64,000 nucleotides of DNA from Octopus vulgaris (taxonomy: Eukaryota), in the NCBI GenBank assembly GCA_951406725.2, contig OX597831.1:28086001-28150000 (forward strand), read 5' to 3'. Both the position numbers and the translations under genes were made by a program. Of this stretch, positions 11,981 through 25,632 are shown piece after piece. How positions within the stretch are numbered: the first letter of the stretch is position 1; the number at the start of each line of letters is the position of its first letter. Below the pieces are notes generated by a model. It worked only from the letters and a program-made list of their open reading frames with translations, did not search any database and was not told the DNA's origin.

Positions 11981-13623
11981 AGTTATTAGATTAATGCAAT
12001 TGTAAATATTCCATGCTCTGTTCAACATAGTGATGTTTAGAGAGTATGTGTAGCCATAACAACACCAGCTGTGATGATTGTGGTGGTGACGGTGGCAATG
12101 GTGGCAGTGATGGGTAGCAATGGTAGTGGCAATGGTGACGGTGGCTATGATGGTGGTGGCAATGGTGGTGGTGGCAGTGATGGAATTGACAACAATTTTG
12201 ACAATGATGATGATGACGATGATGACAACAATGATGACGATGATGATGTTCAGTTAGAGCAGCACAATTAGCTATCACTGATTTGCAAGCTTTCTCTGTA
12301 GCTGAAATAGAATTTTCTTTCATCAGCCCATTCCTGAAGTTTTTTCTGTACCTGATCAATTAGAAATATTTCACATCAACTCCAGCAGGCATTGCCAACA
12401 ATAACCTAGAGGGAACTAAAGGAAACAATCCCAACAAACCAAGAACAATGACATACTTTGGGAACCTTAATGGATGCCATACAGAGAAACAACTCAAGTT
12501 TAAAAATTTCCTTTTCTTAAATGTCCTTGCTCTTCCGGAAAGACATATTTTAATTGACCGTTTATTGTGTATCTGGAAGTATGTTTGGATCAACCAGTCC
12601 TTACTGTTGTGTCTACAGAACTGGTTGTATTGTTCTAAAGAAGTGGTTTTACAACTCTCGTTCGACTTTTCATATTCCATTTTCCATTGACAGGGGCTAA
12701 TGTTGGCCATATTGATGTCAACAGTAACAAGAAACCACAACTGTTGTGGTTCAACTGTTGGAATGAAACTCCAGAAATGGGCTGATTTTCTGCTTCATTT
12801 TAAAAGAATGAGAGACCAATTGGACATTAGAGACATGACTGAGTTTCCACATAGTACTGAAGTTGTATTGAATGAACTTGAAATAATAAATTGAATCTTT
12901 GTCAGTTAATTATAGGTGCAGGCATGGCTGTGTGGTAAGATGTTTGCTTCCCAACCACTCCATTCTTGGTTCAGTCCAACTGCATGGCACTCTCAGCAAG
13001 TGTCTCCTATTAAGGCCTCAGGCTGACCAAAGTCTTGTGAGTGGATTTGGTTATGGAAACTGAAAGACACACATCATATATATATATACATACATATACA
13101 TATACTTTTCTCACTGGATTGCGTGTTTGTTTCTCTTTTTGCCATCTGTGATTTTATTTTTGATCTTCTATATTAATGAAGATATTTCCTCCGTCTGGCT
13201 GCATTTCTTTCTGCAAAACAGGAAGTTACATTGTAGAACTACCATTCTAATGAGTTGTATTTATTTATCACCTAACAAGATGCATCTGCACTGCAGGATA
13301 CTCCTGAACCAGTTCTTGAGTGTCCCACCCATGAGGAATCGATGCTAGATGTGTCAAAACAATTGTCGTGATTAATTATAAATTCTCTGTATATTCCATC
13401 TTCTGGGGCTTTCATTTGCCATATATATATGCGTGTGTGTGTATACGTATGTGTGTGTGTATATATATATATATACACATTCGAGGTAAAACTGTTTTAA
13501 CAATTATAGCTTAGCAAAGTAGGTCAGGCCATTGTGTTTTGAAGAGATAATGTATGCATTTGTGTGGTGGGGATGGCAAGGGAATAAGTGTGTGTAGGTC
13601 TATGGATGACTGAGTGTTATAAA

Positions 13624-14291
13624 TGAGAGGAAGTCAAAAATGATCCCCACTTTCACTATAACATATCTTTATTATCGTCACACTGCCTTCTGCACATGTG
13701 TGCTTATACTTGGTACTATTGTGGTCACATAATCGAAATCTGAGCTTGATCCTGCCATTTTTTCTTTCTGACTTCAAAGTGTAAGCATGGTCATTCCACT
13801 AGCAATGTGTACCAAGGAGAACAAAGAGAAGTGATCTGATTTTTCTGGTCAGAAGGCATGTCAGGTGTTGAAATTCATTGGAGGCCTTTTGCACAATACA
13901 AGAACTATGCATTACCACCTAGAAGTGTGTAGGAGTGGATCAAGAAATTTATAAGTAGCTGAACAAGCATGATATACGAAAAAGGAGCAGAGGACCTGTC
14001 AGCCTCCGCCACTGTCGAGAAGATTCAGCAAGCTTGAGAGATGGCAATGGTAGACTGGTTTACTGTCCCCATCTCATGAATCACTGCTCTTTGTTCTCCT
14101 TGGTGCACATTGCTAGTGGAACGACCATGCTTACACTTTAAAGTCAGAAAGAAAAATGGCATGATCAAGCTCAAACTTCACTTATGTGTCCACAATAGTA
14201 CCAAATATAAGCACACATACTCAGAAGGCATTATGACAATAATAAAGATATATTATGGCAAAAGTGCAGATAAGTTTTGACTTCCCCATGT
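13624..14291 (+). mobile_element. Non-autonomous mariner derivative with ~210-bp inverted arms and an N-terminal transposase remnant
   Basis: Arms 13627-13835 and 14080-14288 are reverse complements; interior reads FLWSEGMSGVEIH...EWIKKF-like mariner HTH with stops. Confidence 0.75.
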
Positions 14292-14394
14292 GTGTATAAT
14301 ATATAGAATTTAAAATTTAAATTTATTTATTTATTTAATTTTTTTTTACTAACCAAAAAGTATAAAAAAGCTAAATATAATATAATAAGTAAAA

Positions 14395-14493
14395 ACACTA
14401 CGTACGTTTCATGGCTATAATTAAATTCGAATTACAATTAAGTTTAAATTCAATTGAAAATTCAAATTAAAATTATAGTCAATCTTCAGGTTA
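14395..14493 (-). ncRNA. Hammerhead ribozyme-like motif (type I, weak stem I)
   Basis: Minus strand: ac-CUGAAGA-uugacuauaauu...aauuauagccau-GAAA-cguacg-UA-gu; palindromic stem III ACGUACGU. Confidence 0.55.
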
Positions 14494-14972
14494 ATGATAA
14501 TAGTTAAATATATAAGCAAATAGAGTTACACAATATTTTTAATAAATAAATAAAATAATAATTTTTCTTATAAAAAAACTCTATTATCTAAATTAGAAAC
14601 TTAAAACATTAGGATTATGTCATACAACCCATTTATTATGTTAAAAATTAAATTTTAAGGTAAAAAAGAAATAGAAAAATGTATTTATCTATTAAGATAT
14701 AATATGGCTTTAAAAAACATAATAAACTCATGAATATATAATATATATATAAAATTTAAAATTTTAATAATTTAAATTTTATATTTTATATATATATATT
14801 ATATATTATATTAATTATATTTATTTTTTCTTATTTATGTTTTGGTTTATGTCTATCACTGTTTGAGTTGCCTAATAGTTTTATCTCTAATTTAATTTAT
14901 ATATATACTGTGAAATTTGATTTAATCCTAAATCTAATTTTTCCCTGTAAGTTTGGATATACTCCCTAATAT

Positions 14973-15015
<43 letters not shown>

Positions 15016-15125
15016 TATATACAAGTGTGTATGAGTGTGTGTGAGTAGGCATATGTGTATATACGTGTGCCCATGTGTATGACTGTGTGCATATGTGTGT
15101 TTCAGTATGAGAAACAATATTTGTG

Positions 15126-15158
<33 letters not shown>

Positions 15159-15981
15159 TGTGTGTGTGTGTGTGTGAGTGTGTATTATCAGACATTTGTC
15201 TGTGAATGCAATACTAGATCTGAAACTCTTGGACTGGTTAAACGTCAAAACTAGGATGTGTGTATGTGAGTAGGTGTATGTGTATATACGTGTGCCCATG
15301 TTTGTGACTGTGTGTATATGTGTGTTTCAGTATGAGAAACAATATCTGTGGTATGTGTGTGTGTGTGTGCAAACATACATATGAGTGTATATGTGTATAT
15401 ACATGTGTAAATTTGTGTGCTCTTATATATGTATGAGTGAATCATCATTGCTTAACCCTAATCATGCAAACTAATGATCAAAGCCTTTCCATTTGTGACC
15501 ATCTCATCTTTTTGTTTTATGTTCAATCTCTTGGATATGATTTGAGGGAGATTTCACTGCTCCTCCTAACAGATCAATCGGTCACATACAGGCTTTCTCG
15601 TTGGCTCATTTGTGAACGGTACAAATGTCTGTGCATATGTATGTATGACTGAAAGTAAAAAAGAATGTGCGTGTAGGTGTGTGGATGTTTGTACATGTGT
15701 GTATATGGGTGTGTATCTGTGTGTGTGTATGTATATATATGCATATATGTGTGTGTGTATATTCATACATATAATCATATATATACTCACACACATACAT
15801 ATATACATACATATGTATGTGAGCATATAAACATATATAATATATATATGTATATGTGTGTGTGTATTTATGTATGTGTATATATATATACAAACACACA
15901 TATGTATGTATGCATGTATGTATGCATGTATGTATACATGAACAGTGTATGCATACACATTCTCTCTTATCTGCACCAACC

Positions 15982-16032
<51 letters not shown>

Positions 16033-16457
16033 TAATAATATTCCCATTTTGTAGTTCAATAAATGCAGTTCAGTCTTTATTTCTGTGATTGAGTCATAAT
16101 ATTATCCATTGACCGTTATTGATTATTGTCCCACTAAAGCTGTTCTAATAGCTTCCATGTCCACTTTCTGTGTAATGCACACACACACACACACACACAG
16201 AGGCACACACACACACACACACACGCACACACACACAGACACACGTAAAAACACATGTACACACACACATCTCACAATGACACAATCTGGAATTCCTCAT
16301 AGCTCTTACATAGTCATACAGGAACACACATACAAATACTTGCAGACACATACATACATAAATATAAAGCTTGCAGACACATACATGCACACGCACAGAC
16401 ACACACATGCACAAGCAGACACACACACTTGCACAAGAGTACACACACTTGCACAAG

Positions 16458-16499
<42 letters not shown>

Positions 16500-17296
16500 T
16501 GCACAAGAGTACACACACACACATACACACACACACACACACATTTCATCCATACAACCAGAGTTATACTACTTTACACACACATACAACTACTTATACT
16601 TACAGAACACACACACACAGACACACACACACACACACTGGCATACATATACAGGCAATCACAGTGCCACACATGCACATGCACACACACACACACACAC
16701 ACAATTAAATACACACACAAGCACAACTAAACAGCAACACACACATAAGTAATTAAAAAGATCCATAGACATGCAAACACAAACATACATCTACATTCAA
16801 CTACAAACACACATACACATACATAGTCATATACACACAACACCTACACATTCACACAACACTGACACACACACATACAACCATTACATATGACCATTCA
16901 CATACAACTATACACACACACAATCATACAACCAGTTCCCTAAATTCACACATTATATGATAAGCGGTTTTGATCATTTTTATTGGTTTCCTCTAATTCT
17001 TTCATTTTGGAGATTATTTCGTTTTTGGCTGCCAAATTTATTTTATTTAAACAACTTAATCGTCTATGTAAAAACTGATCAACCATGATAGACTGAAAAA
17101 GGTGTGTGTGTGTGTATGTGTGTATAAATATATATATATATATATTATTTATTTAATGTTATATATAAATATACATATTGTTTATTTATAATAATAATGA
17201 TAATAATATATATATATATTGTTTATTTAATAATAATAATAATAATAATAATGATAATAATAAAAATAATGATAATAATAATAATAATAATGATGA

Positions 17297-17337
<41 letters not shown>

Positions 17338-17417
17338 TATTTAATAATAATAATAATAATAATAATGATAATAATAATAATAATGATGATAATTATATAT
17401 ATATATATATTGTTTAT

Positions 17418-17471
<54 letters not shown>

Positions 17472-17919
17472 TATATATGTCTATACACAAACATACACCC
17501 ACACATAATATACTCTGATGATGATAAATATATTATTTATTTAATAATAATGATGATGATAATGATGATGACAATGATATATACATATATATATATATAT
17601 ATGTATAATTTATTCAATAACAGTTTGATTAGCCTCCATGCAACTTAAAGTTTATCTTGCCCTCCAGCTATTTGCAACAACCAGTGACTGATTAGTCATT
17701 GTTTATATTAGGAGAAAAGAAATTTGTCTCTGCAAGCAGTTAATAGTGGATCCTTGCAACTGAACAGTTGCAAAGACACAGGATTCTGGATTTCGCATAT
17801 CTAATGACACTGCGGGATGCCTTGTATTTGCTACAGATACACTGTGATTTTTAGTACTGTATGCCTATACGAGATGCTTTCTCGAGATGAATAGCACAGT
17901 ATTATGGCTTTCTACAGTA

Positions 17920-18149
17920 TTCTTTTATTCTTTTATTTGTTTCTGTCATCTGTCTGCAGCCATGCTGGAGCACCGCCTTTAGCCAAGCAAATCGACCCCA
18001 GAACTTATTCTTTGTAATCCTGGTATTTATTCTATCAGTATCTTTTGCTGAACTGCTAGGCTACAGGGATGTAAACACATCAGTATCGGTTGTCGAGCGA
18101 TGTTGGTGGGGACAAACACAAACACAAACATACACACACACACATATGC

Positions 18150-18192
<43 letters not shown>

Positions 18193-18350
18193 GCTTCTTT
18201 CAGTTTCTGGCTACCAAATCCACTCACAAGCCTTTGGCTGGCCCGAGGCTATAGTAGAAACACTTGTCCGAGATGCCATGCAGTGGGACTGAACCCAGAA
18301 CCATGTGGTTGGTAAGCAAGTTACTTATCACACAGCCACTCCTGCACCTA
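17920..18350 (-). mobile_element. SINE family B
   Basis: Reverse complement of family B. Confidence 0.8.
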
Positions 18351-18457
18351 TAGTAAGTCCATATTAAAGAAGATATACAGAATGCTATTTTGAACTAATA
18401 ATGCTTCCATTGCTAGTAACAAATATATACATGAGTGTTTATGTGTGTGTGTGTGCA

Positions 18458-18489
<32 letters not shown>

Positions 18490-18513
18490 TGTGTGTGCAT
18501 ATATATATATATA

Positions 18514-19674
18514 TTAGGATGTTCAGAAAGTAATTGGATTTTTTTCATGCACTGTGAAATATGACTCAACCAATGGCGTCAGAGCCTAGGTCAAATGGGT
18601 GGGGAACTGTTTCAAGATAATATATCATCTCTTCTAACCAGCAGTGTGTCTTTCATAGTCGTTTCTGTAATTAACTCTATCAAAGATAAGAACTTTATGA
18701 AACAACATATGTATGAATTTCAAAAGAAAAGTGCTGGTACAGAAGCAACGAAGACCATTTGTGAAGAAGACACAGCAAAAGCTTGTACATGTCAGCTGTG
18801 GTTTCAAAAGGTTTAAGCATGGCGATTGTGACATATTCTTTTGTTTGTTCCTTCTCGAGCCATGCTTGGCTCATAAAGGCCGGTTTCCTGGTTTCCTTGG
18901 CATATAGGTTCCCCACTTGGACGGGACACCAGTCCGTCGCAGGTGAACTGCAAAATGCTGGAGGAAAGAGTGAGAGAAAGTTGTGGCGAAAGAGTCAGCA
19001 GAAGTTCGCCATTACTTTCTTCCGGAGCCGTATGGGGCTTAGGTGTTTTGCTCATAAACACACACATCGCCTGGTCTGAGATTCGAACCAGCGATCCCTT
19101 GACCGCGAGTCTGCTGCTATAACCACTAGACCATGTGCCTCCACAATTGTGACATATCTAACAAGCCTCACTCTGGAAGATGATCCATTCTGAATGGCAA
19201 CCCTTTGAATGAAACTATTGTATCAGGTCCAAATCGAAGCACCAGAGATTTGGCACAAAGACTTAATGTGTTATATTCAACTATCCACAAACATTCTCAA
19301 GCAAATTGGGAAAACATGCAAAGAGGGAATTTAGGTTACACACGAGCTTACACTTGGGAACTAAACATAACGTTCCACCATCTGCAGCAGTCTTCAAACC
19401 AGGAATATCAACCTGTCATTTCTGCAGCACATTGTTACAGGTGATGAAAAATGGGTTTTACATCGCAACAGAAAATGGAAAAAAAACAATGGTTAACATG
19501 TAATGAGAGGCCAGTGCTAACACCAAAACCAGAATCCCCATCCACAAAAATCCTTGCTCTGTGTTTGGTGGGACATGAAAGGTATCGTCCATTACCAGCT
19601 ACTAGAACATGGAAGAACCATCAATGCAGAAGTCTATTGCCAACAACTTGATTGTGTAATGAAAAACACCCTAA
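18514..19674 (+). mobile_element. Decayed mariner element (transposase pseudogene) interrupted by a SINE
   Basis: TIR-like ttaggatgttcagaaagtaattggattttt; translations LWFQK, STRDLAQRLNV, IVTGDEKWV, LCVWWDMKG, TINAEVYCQQLD. Confidence 0.85.
18837..19145 (-). mobile_element. SINE (family A-related head) with 12-bp TSD
   Basis: attgtgacatat at 18825-18836 and 19146-19157. Confidence 0.85.
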
Positions 19675-19992
19675 AATATATATATATATATATAAAAACG
19701 ATGTTATTTTATTCTACATAGGTAGAAATATTGAGAAAAGAGTTGAAAATTCACTGGGATTCATTTAGATTTTTTATCATAACTTTCTATCTCAACTCTG
19801 GAAAAATCAAAAAAAAATTGTGAAAGTGGTTGTCTTTAATAATTTGAAAATAAAAAAATCTAAACGAGCCTCAGTGCATTTTCAACTTCTCTCTCTCTCT
19901 CTCTTTCTTTTTCCCTCTCTATATACATATATATTCTCTCTCTCTCTCTACATATATATATATATATATACATATATATTCTCTCTATATAT

Positions 19993-20035
<43 letters not shown>

Positions 20036-20619
20036 TGTGTGTGTGTGTGTGTGTGTGTGTGCATGTTTAAGTATATATACGTATGTGAGTGTGTATAGAA
20101 GAAACAAAAATGAAAAGCAAGCAGAAAACACATTATACAGCTAAAGAATTGTTAAATGTTTCTGTTAAAATCTTCTTACAGTCTCCAGTAATTGGAAAAT
20201 CTTTTTTATGATTGGCAGTTCCTTGAAAATAAATTGAATAGAATAATTGTCAAGTGCTGAGTGCTTCCAATCATGCATATATACATACATACATACATAC
20301 ATACATACATACATACATACATACATACATACATACATACATACATCAGCAGCAGCAGCAGGAGCAGCATTTAATGTCTGTTTACCATGCTAGCATGGGT
20401 TGGATGGTTTGACAGGAGCTGGCAAGCCAGAGAGCTGCACCAGGCTTAAATTGTTTGTTTTGCCATAGATTCTATGGCTGGATACCCTTCCTAAAGCCAA
20501 CTACTTTACAGAGTTACTAGGTGCTTTCAATGTGGGACTAGCACGTATGTATATGTATATATATATACACATACATATGTACATACCCACATACATACGT
20601 ATACACATACATATTTATG

Positions 20620-21020
20620 TATAGGTGCAGGCATGGCTGTGTGGTAAGAAGCTTGCTTCCCAATGACATGGTTCTGGGTTCAGTTCCACTGCATGGGACC
20701 TTGGGCAAGTGTCTTCTGCTATAGCCTTGGTTCCAACCAAAGTCTGGGAGTGGATTTGGTAGATGGAAATTGAAAGAAGCCCATTATAGATGTATATATT
20801 TGTGTCTGTGTTTGTCTCCACTGCCATTGTTTGACAACTGATGTTGGTGTGTTTATGTTCCCGTAACTTAGCAATTCAGGAAAAAAGAGACCAATAGAAT
20901 AAGTACTAGGCTTACAAAGAATAAGTCTTGGGGTTGATTTGTTCGACTAAAACCCCTTAAGGTGGTACTCCAGCAAGGCCACAGTCAAATGACTGAAACA
21001 AGTAAAAGAATAAAAGAATA
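20620..21020 (+). mobile_element. SINE family B
   Basis: Head, ccttgggcaagtg core and gactgaaacaagtaaaagaat tail. Confidence 0.85.
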
Positions 21021-22562
21021 AAGTTCACCATCATCAATTTACTGCAGGGAAAGTTCACCATCATTGATTCATTGCAGGGAAAGTTCACCATCATCAATTC
21101 ACTGCAGGGAAAGTTCACCATCATTGATTCATTGCAGGGAAAGTTCACCATCATCAATTCACTGCAGGGAAAGTTCATCATCATTGATTCATTGCAGGGA
21201 AAGTTCACCATCATCAATTCACTGCAGGGAAAGTTCACCATCATTGATTCATTGCAGGGAAAGTTCACCATCATCAGTTCATTGCAGGGAAAGTTCACCA
21301 TCATCAATTTACTGCAGGGAAAGTTCACCATCATCAATTCACTGCAGAGAAAGTTCACCATCATTGATTCATTGCAGGGAAAGTTCACCATCATCAATTC
21401 ACTGCAGGGAAAGTTCACCATCATTGATTCATTGCAGGGAAAGTTCACCATCATCAATTCACTGCAGGGAAAGTTCACCATCATTGATTCATTGCAGGGA
21501 AAGTTCACCATCATCAATTCACTGCAGGGAAAGTTCACCATCATTGATTCATTGCAGGGAAAGTTCACCATCATCAGTTCATTGCAGGGAAAGTTCACCA
21601 TCATCAATTTACTGCAGGGAAAGTTCACCATCATCAATTCACTGCAGAGAAAGTTCACCATCATTGATTCATTGCAGGGAAAGTTCACCATCATCAATTC
21701 ACTCCAGGGAAAGTTCACCATCATTGATTCATTGCAGGGAAAGTTCACCATCATCAGTTCATTGCAGGGAAAGTTCACCATCATCAATTTACTGCAGGGA
21801 AAGTTCACCATCATTGATTCATTGCAGGGAAAGTTCACCATCATCAATTCACTGCAGGGAAAGTTCACCATCATTGATTCACTGCAGGGAAAGTTCACCA
21901 TCATTGATTCATTGCAGGGAAAGTTCACCATCATCAATTCACTGCAGGGAAAGTTCACCATCATCAGTTCATTGCAGGGAAAGTTCACCATCATCAATTC
22001 ACTGCAGGGAAAGTTCACCATCATTGATTCATTGCAGGGAAAGTTCACCATCATCAATTTACTGCAGGGAAAGTTCACCATCATTGATTCATTGCAGGGA
22101 AAGTTCACCATCATCAATTCACTGCAGGGAAAGTTCACCATCATCAATTCACTGCAGGGAAAGTTCACCATCATCAATTCACTGCAGGAAAAGTTCACCA
22201 TCATCAATTCATTGCAGGGAAAGTTCACCATCATCAGTTCACTGCAGGTAAAGTTCACCATCATCAATTCACTGCAGGGAAAGTTCACCATTTTCAATTC
22301 ACTGCAGGGAAAGTTCACCATCATCAATTCACTGCAGGGAAAGATCACCAGCATCAGTTCACTGCAGGGAAAGTTCACCATCATTAGTTCACCGCTAAGC
22401 TACGGGTACGTGTGCAGGGAAAGTTCACCATCATCAGTTCACTGCAGGGAAAGTTCACCATCATCAATTCACTGCAGGGAAAGTTTACCATCATTGATTC
22501 ATTGCAGGGAAAGATCACCAGCATCAGTTCACTGCAGGGAAAGTTCACCATCATTAGTTCAC
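21021..22562. repeat. 30-bp minisatellite, ~50 units (AAGTTCACCATCATCAATTCACTGCAGGGA)
   Basis: Exact 30-bp period visible line by line; no unique spacers. Confidence 0.97.
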
Positions 22563-22646
22563 CGCTAAGCTATGGGTACGTGAACACACCAACATCAGTT
22601 GTCAAGCGATGGTGGGGGGACAAACACAGACACACAAATGCACACA

Positions 22647-22694
<48 letters not shown>

Positions 22695-22865
22695 CATGAA
22701 AGTTTTCTTTTAGTTTTCATCTACCAAACCCATTCACTAGGCTTTGGTCGGCCTGAGGCTATAGTAGAAGACGCATGCCCAAGGTGCCTCACAATGAGAC
22801 TGAAGGGACGAACCCGGAATCATGTGGTTGGGAAGCAAGCTACTTGCCACACAGCCACTCCTATA
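22562..22865 (-). mobile_element. SINE family B (3'-truncated at the minisatellite)
   Basis: ccgctaag...aacacaccaacatcagttgtcaagcgat...cacacagccactcct. Confidence 0.8.
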
Positions 22866-23247
22866 AACACACACACTTATGTATATATGTCATCCACATT
22901 TACCTCTGTGTATGTGTGGGGAAGGGGGCATGGACAGTATGTATGTGTGACTGCATGTGTATATGAATGTGTATGTGAGGTTATCATTGCTATCCAATAG
23001 ATAGGTAAGTAAAGATTTACCTAACTTAGGTGAATGAAGAGAAAGTGAAAGAGACAGAGATAGAACAGTGAGAGAGGGGCAGGATATTACATGGGCTGAG
23101 CCGCGTACAAAAATATATCCTTATTTTACCAAATTCAGGTACAACATCAACAATTATAGCAATAATGACAACAGCAATAAAAATCCACCAACAACAAGAA
23201 CTACACTAACAACAATAACTTCAACAACTGCAAAAACAGTAACAGCA

Positions 23248-23250
23248 ATG

Positions 23251-23295
<45 letters not shown>

Positions 23296-23660
23296 GCTAC
23301 TACTGCTGCTGCTACTGCTGCTGCTACTGCTGCTACTGCTACTACTACTCCTATTGCTACTGCGACTGCTACTCCTGCTGCTGCTACTGCTGTTCCTACT
23401 ATTGCTGCTGCTACTGCTATTCCTACTATTGCTATTACTACTGCTACTACTACTGCTGTTGCTGCTTCTGCTATTCCTACTATTGCTGCTACTGCTACTA
23501 CTATTGCTATTCCTACTACTGCTGCTGCTACTACTAGAGATGCTACTATTGCTGCTGCTGCTGCTACTGCTACTAATCCTATTACTGCAGCTGGTACTGC
23601 TACTACTGCCACTATTACTGCTGCTTTTACTATTACTACCACCACCACCACCACCACCAC
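23248..23660. repeat. (ACT/GCT)n trinucleotide tract
   Basis: Direct. Confidence 0.9.
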
Positions 23661-24036
23661 AAGGTGAAGCTAGCTAACAAACCATTATGATTCCTGTTCC
23701 CCCACCCCTCATATTCTCCCCCTGCTCCCTTTCTCACTACCAAACAACTTCAGTGAACAGGAAATATCAGTTTCCTCCATAGTAGGGTATTGATGATTTT
23801 AGTGAGGATAAGTAGGTTTTTGTTTCTTAAATTTCTGCATTGTACATCCACACATTCACCCACCCCACTTCAACACTCCCCAATCCTGTACCCCCTACCT
23901 AGACACTAAGATAAATATATGCATATATATATACATATGCATGAAGAGGGTCATACACATATATGTATGTATGTATGTATCATTTGTAGAATTACATAAA
24001 TCTGGAGAAGCATACTCTAAGATGTAGAGCAGTTAA

Positions 24037-24389
24037 TATGATGGGGGAGGCTGGTTTATGGGGTTACCATGAGTTTTTTGCCCATAAGGGGTTTGGCCTT
24101 ACGGTGTATCCTCAGATCCCAAACACTGCTGGCCTTAAGACCTCTTCAAAATAAGGAAGAAGGAAAGCCTCATTATAAAGGTAAACACTAGGTGATTATC
24201 TCCCTTTGCCATTGGCCATCGAGCTTTGGCCGTGCCACCGTCTTGTGGTCACCAAAGAACCACAAAGGTAAACAATTGTCTCCCTTCAGCCTTGGCTATT
24301 GGCTTGGGTTCTGAATATCTGCCGTAAGGCCAAACCCCCTATGAGCAAGAAACCTAGGGTAACCCCATAAGTTGGCCTCCCCTACTATA
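24037..24389. repeat. Fold-back element with ~68-bp inverted arms
   Basis: 24037-24104 is the reverse complement of 24322-24389. Confidence 0.75.
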
Positions 24390-24877
24390 ATATGTATGTA
24401 TGCAAATGTATAAAAGAGACATAGCTATGTGGTTGTGAAGTCCACTTCTCAACCATGTAATTTGGCATTTAGCCCCATTCCATGGGAACTTGAGGTAGTG
24501 TCTTTGACGTCAGTTTTTGATGCTGGCATGGGATGGGTGGTTTAACCACACCTGGCACACCAGAGAGCTGCACCATGCTTCATAATTTATCTTGGTTTCT
24601 ACAGCTCAATGCCTTTCCTAATGCCTGCCACTTTACAGTGTGTGCACACTGACTTACTTTCACCTGATGATGTAGCTTAATTTCTGCATTATTTTGAAAG
24701 ATTCTTTTGCATTTTGCATTAATACAGACATGCAAGTACTTTATCTATTTTTAAATATAATAATATAAATTATTTACATGTTTCAAGTTACAAAACAATT
24801 TGTTGTGATATTTGAATATTTTTATTGTTAAAATTTCATCAAACTCTTTCTCTATAATTTATGACTTTATATATCTA

Positions 24878-25365
24878 TAGGCGTAGGTATGGCTGTGCAT
24901 AGACACAGGTGTGGCTGTGTATAGACACAGGCATGGCTGTGTATAGGTGCAAGCATGGCTGTGTGATAAGAAGCTAGCCTCCCAACCACATGGTTCTGGG
25001 TTCAGTCCTACTGCATGGCACCTTGGGCAAGTGTCTTCTGCTATAGCCTTGGGTCAACCAAAGCCTTGTGAGTGAATTTGGTAGACGGAAACTGAAAGAA
25101 GCCTGTCATCTATATATATCTATATATCTTTTTATGTGTGTGTGTTTTTGTGACTGCTTGTCCCCCCACCCCACCCACGATTGCTTGACAACCGATGCTG
25201 GTGTGTTTATGACCTTGTAACTTAGTGGTTTAACAAAAGAGACTGATAGAATAAGTACTAGGCTTACAAAGAATAAGTCCTAGGGTCAGTTTCTTCAACT
25301 AAAGGCAGTGCTCCAGCATGGCCCCAGTCAAATGACTGATATGTGTAAAAGAGTAAAAGAGTAAT
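24878..25365 (+). mobile_element. SINE family B with quadruplicated head
   Basis: Four ~22-bp tggctgtg-containing units precede the normal body. Confidence 0.8.
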
Positions 25366-25632
25366 ATTATAACACATCCTTTAGATATATAGATAAGGTA
25401 GATACACAGAAAGAGAGGGAGAGAGCGAGGGGGAGGAAGAGAGAGAAAGCAATACACTAGATGTTTATTATACTTTTACTTTCATTTTATTTTTATTTTT
25501 CATTTTGTTTATTCTGCCCTGTCTGTCTGACACTTGTATATCTAAGTGTATACTTAAGAATGTAAGTGTATGTATACATGTGTAGGAAGCTTTGTGTATA
25601 TATATATTTATGTGCGTGTGTGTGTGTATATC

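Noticed and set aside
12250-12900. Coding exon or LINE endonuclease remnant (FGNLNGCH resembles GDFNAHH)
   Set aside because: Only one weak motif and broken frames; cannot be supported without a search
14500-15000. Mitochondrial control-region insertion
   Set aside because: AT-rich but no recognisable mitochondrial gene or tRNA; adjoins a hammerhead-bearing repeat
21021-22562. CRISPR array
   Set aside because: Contiguous 30-bp units with no unique spacers, no cas genes, eukaryotic context
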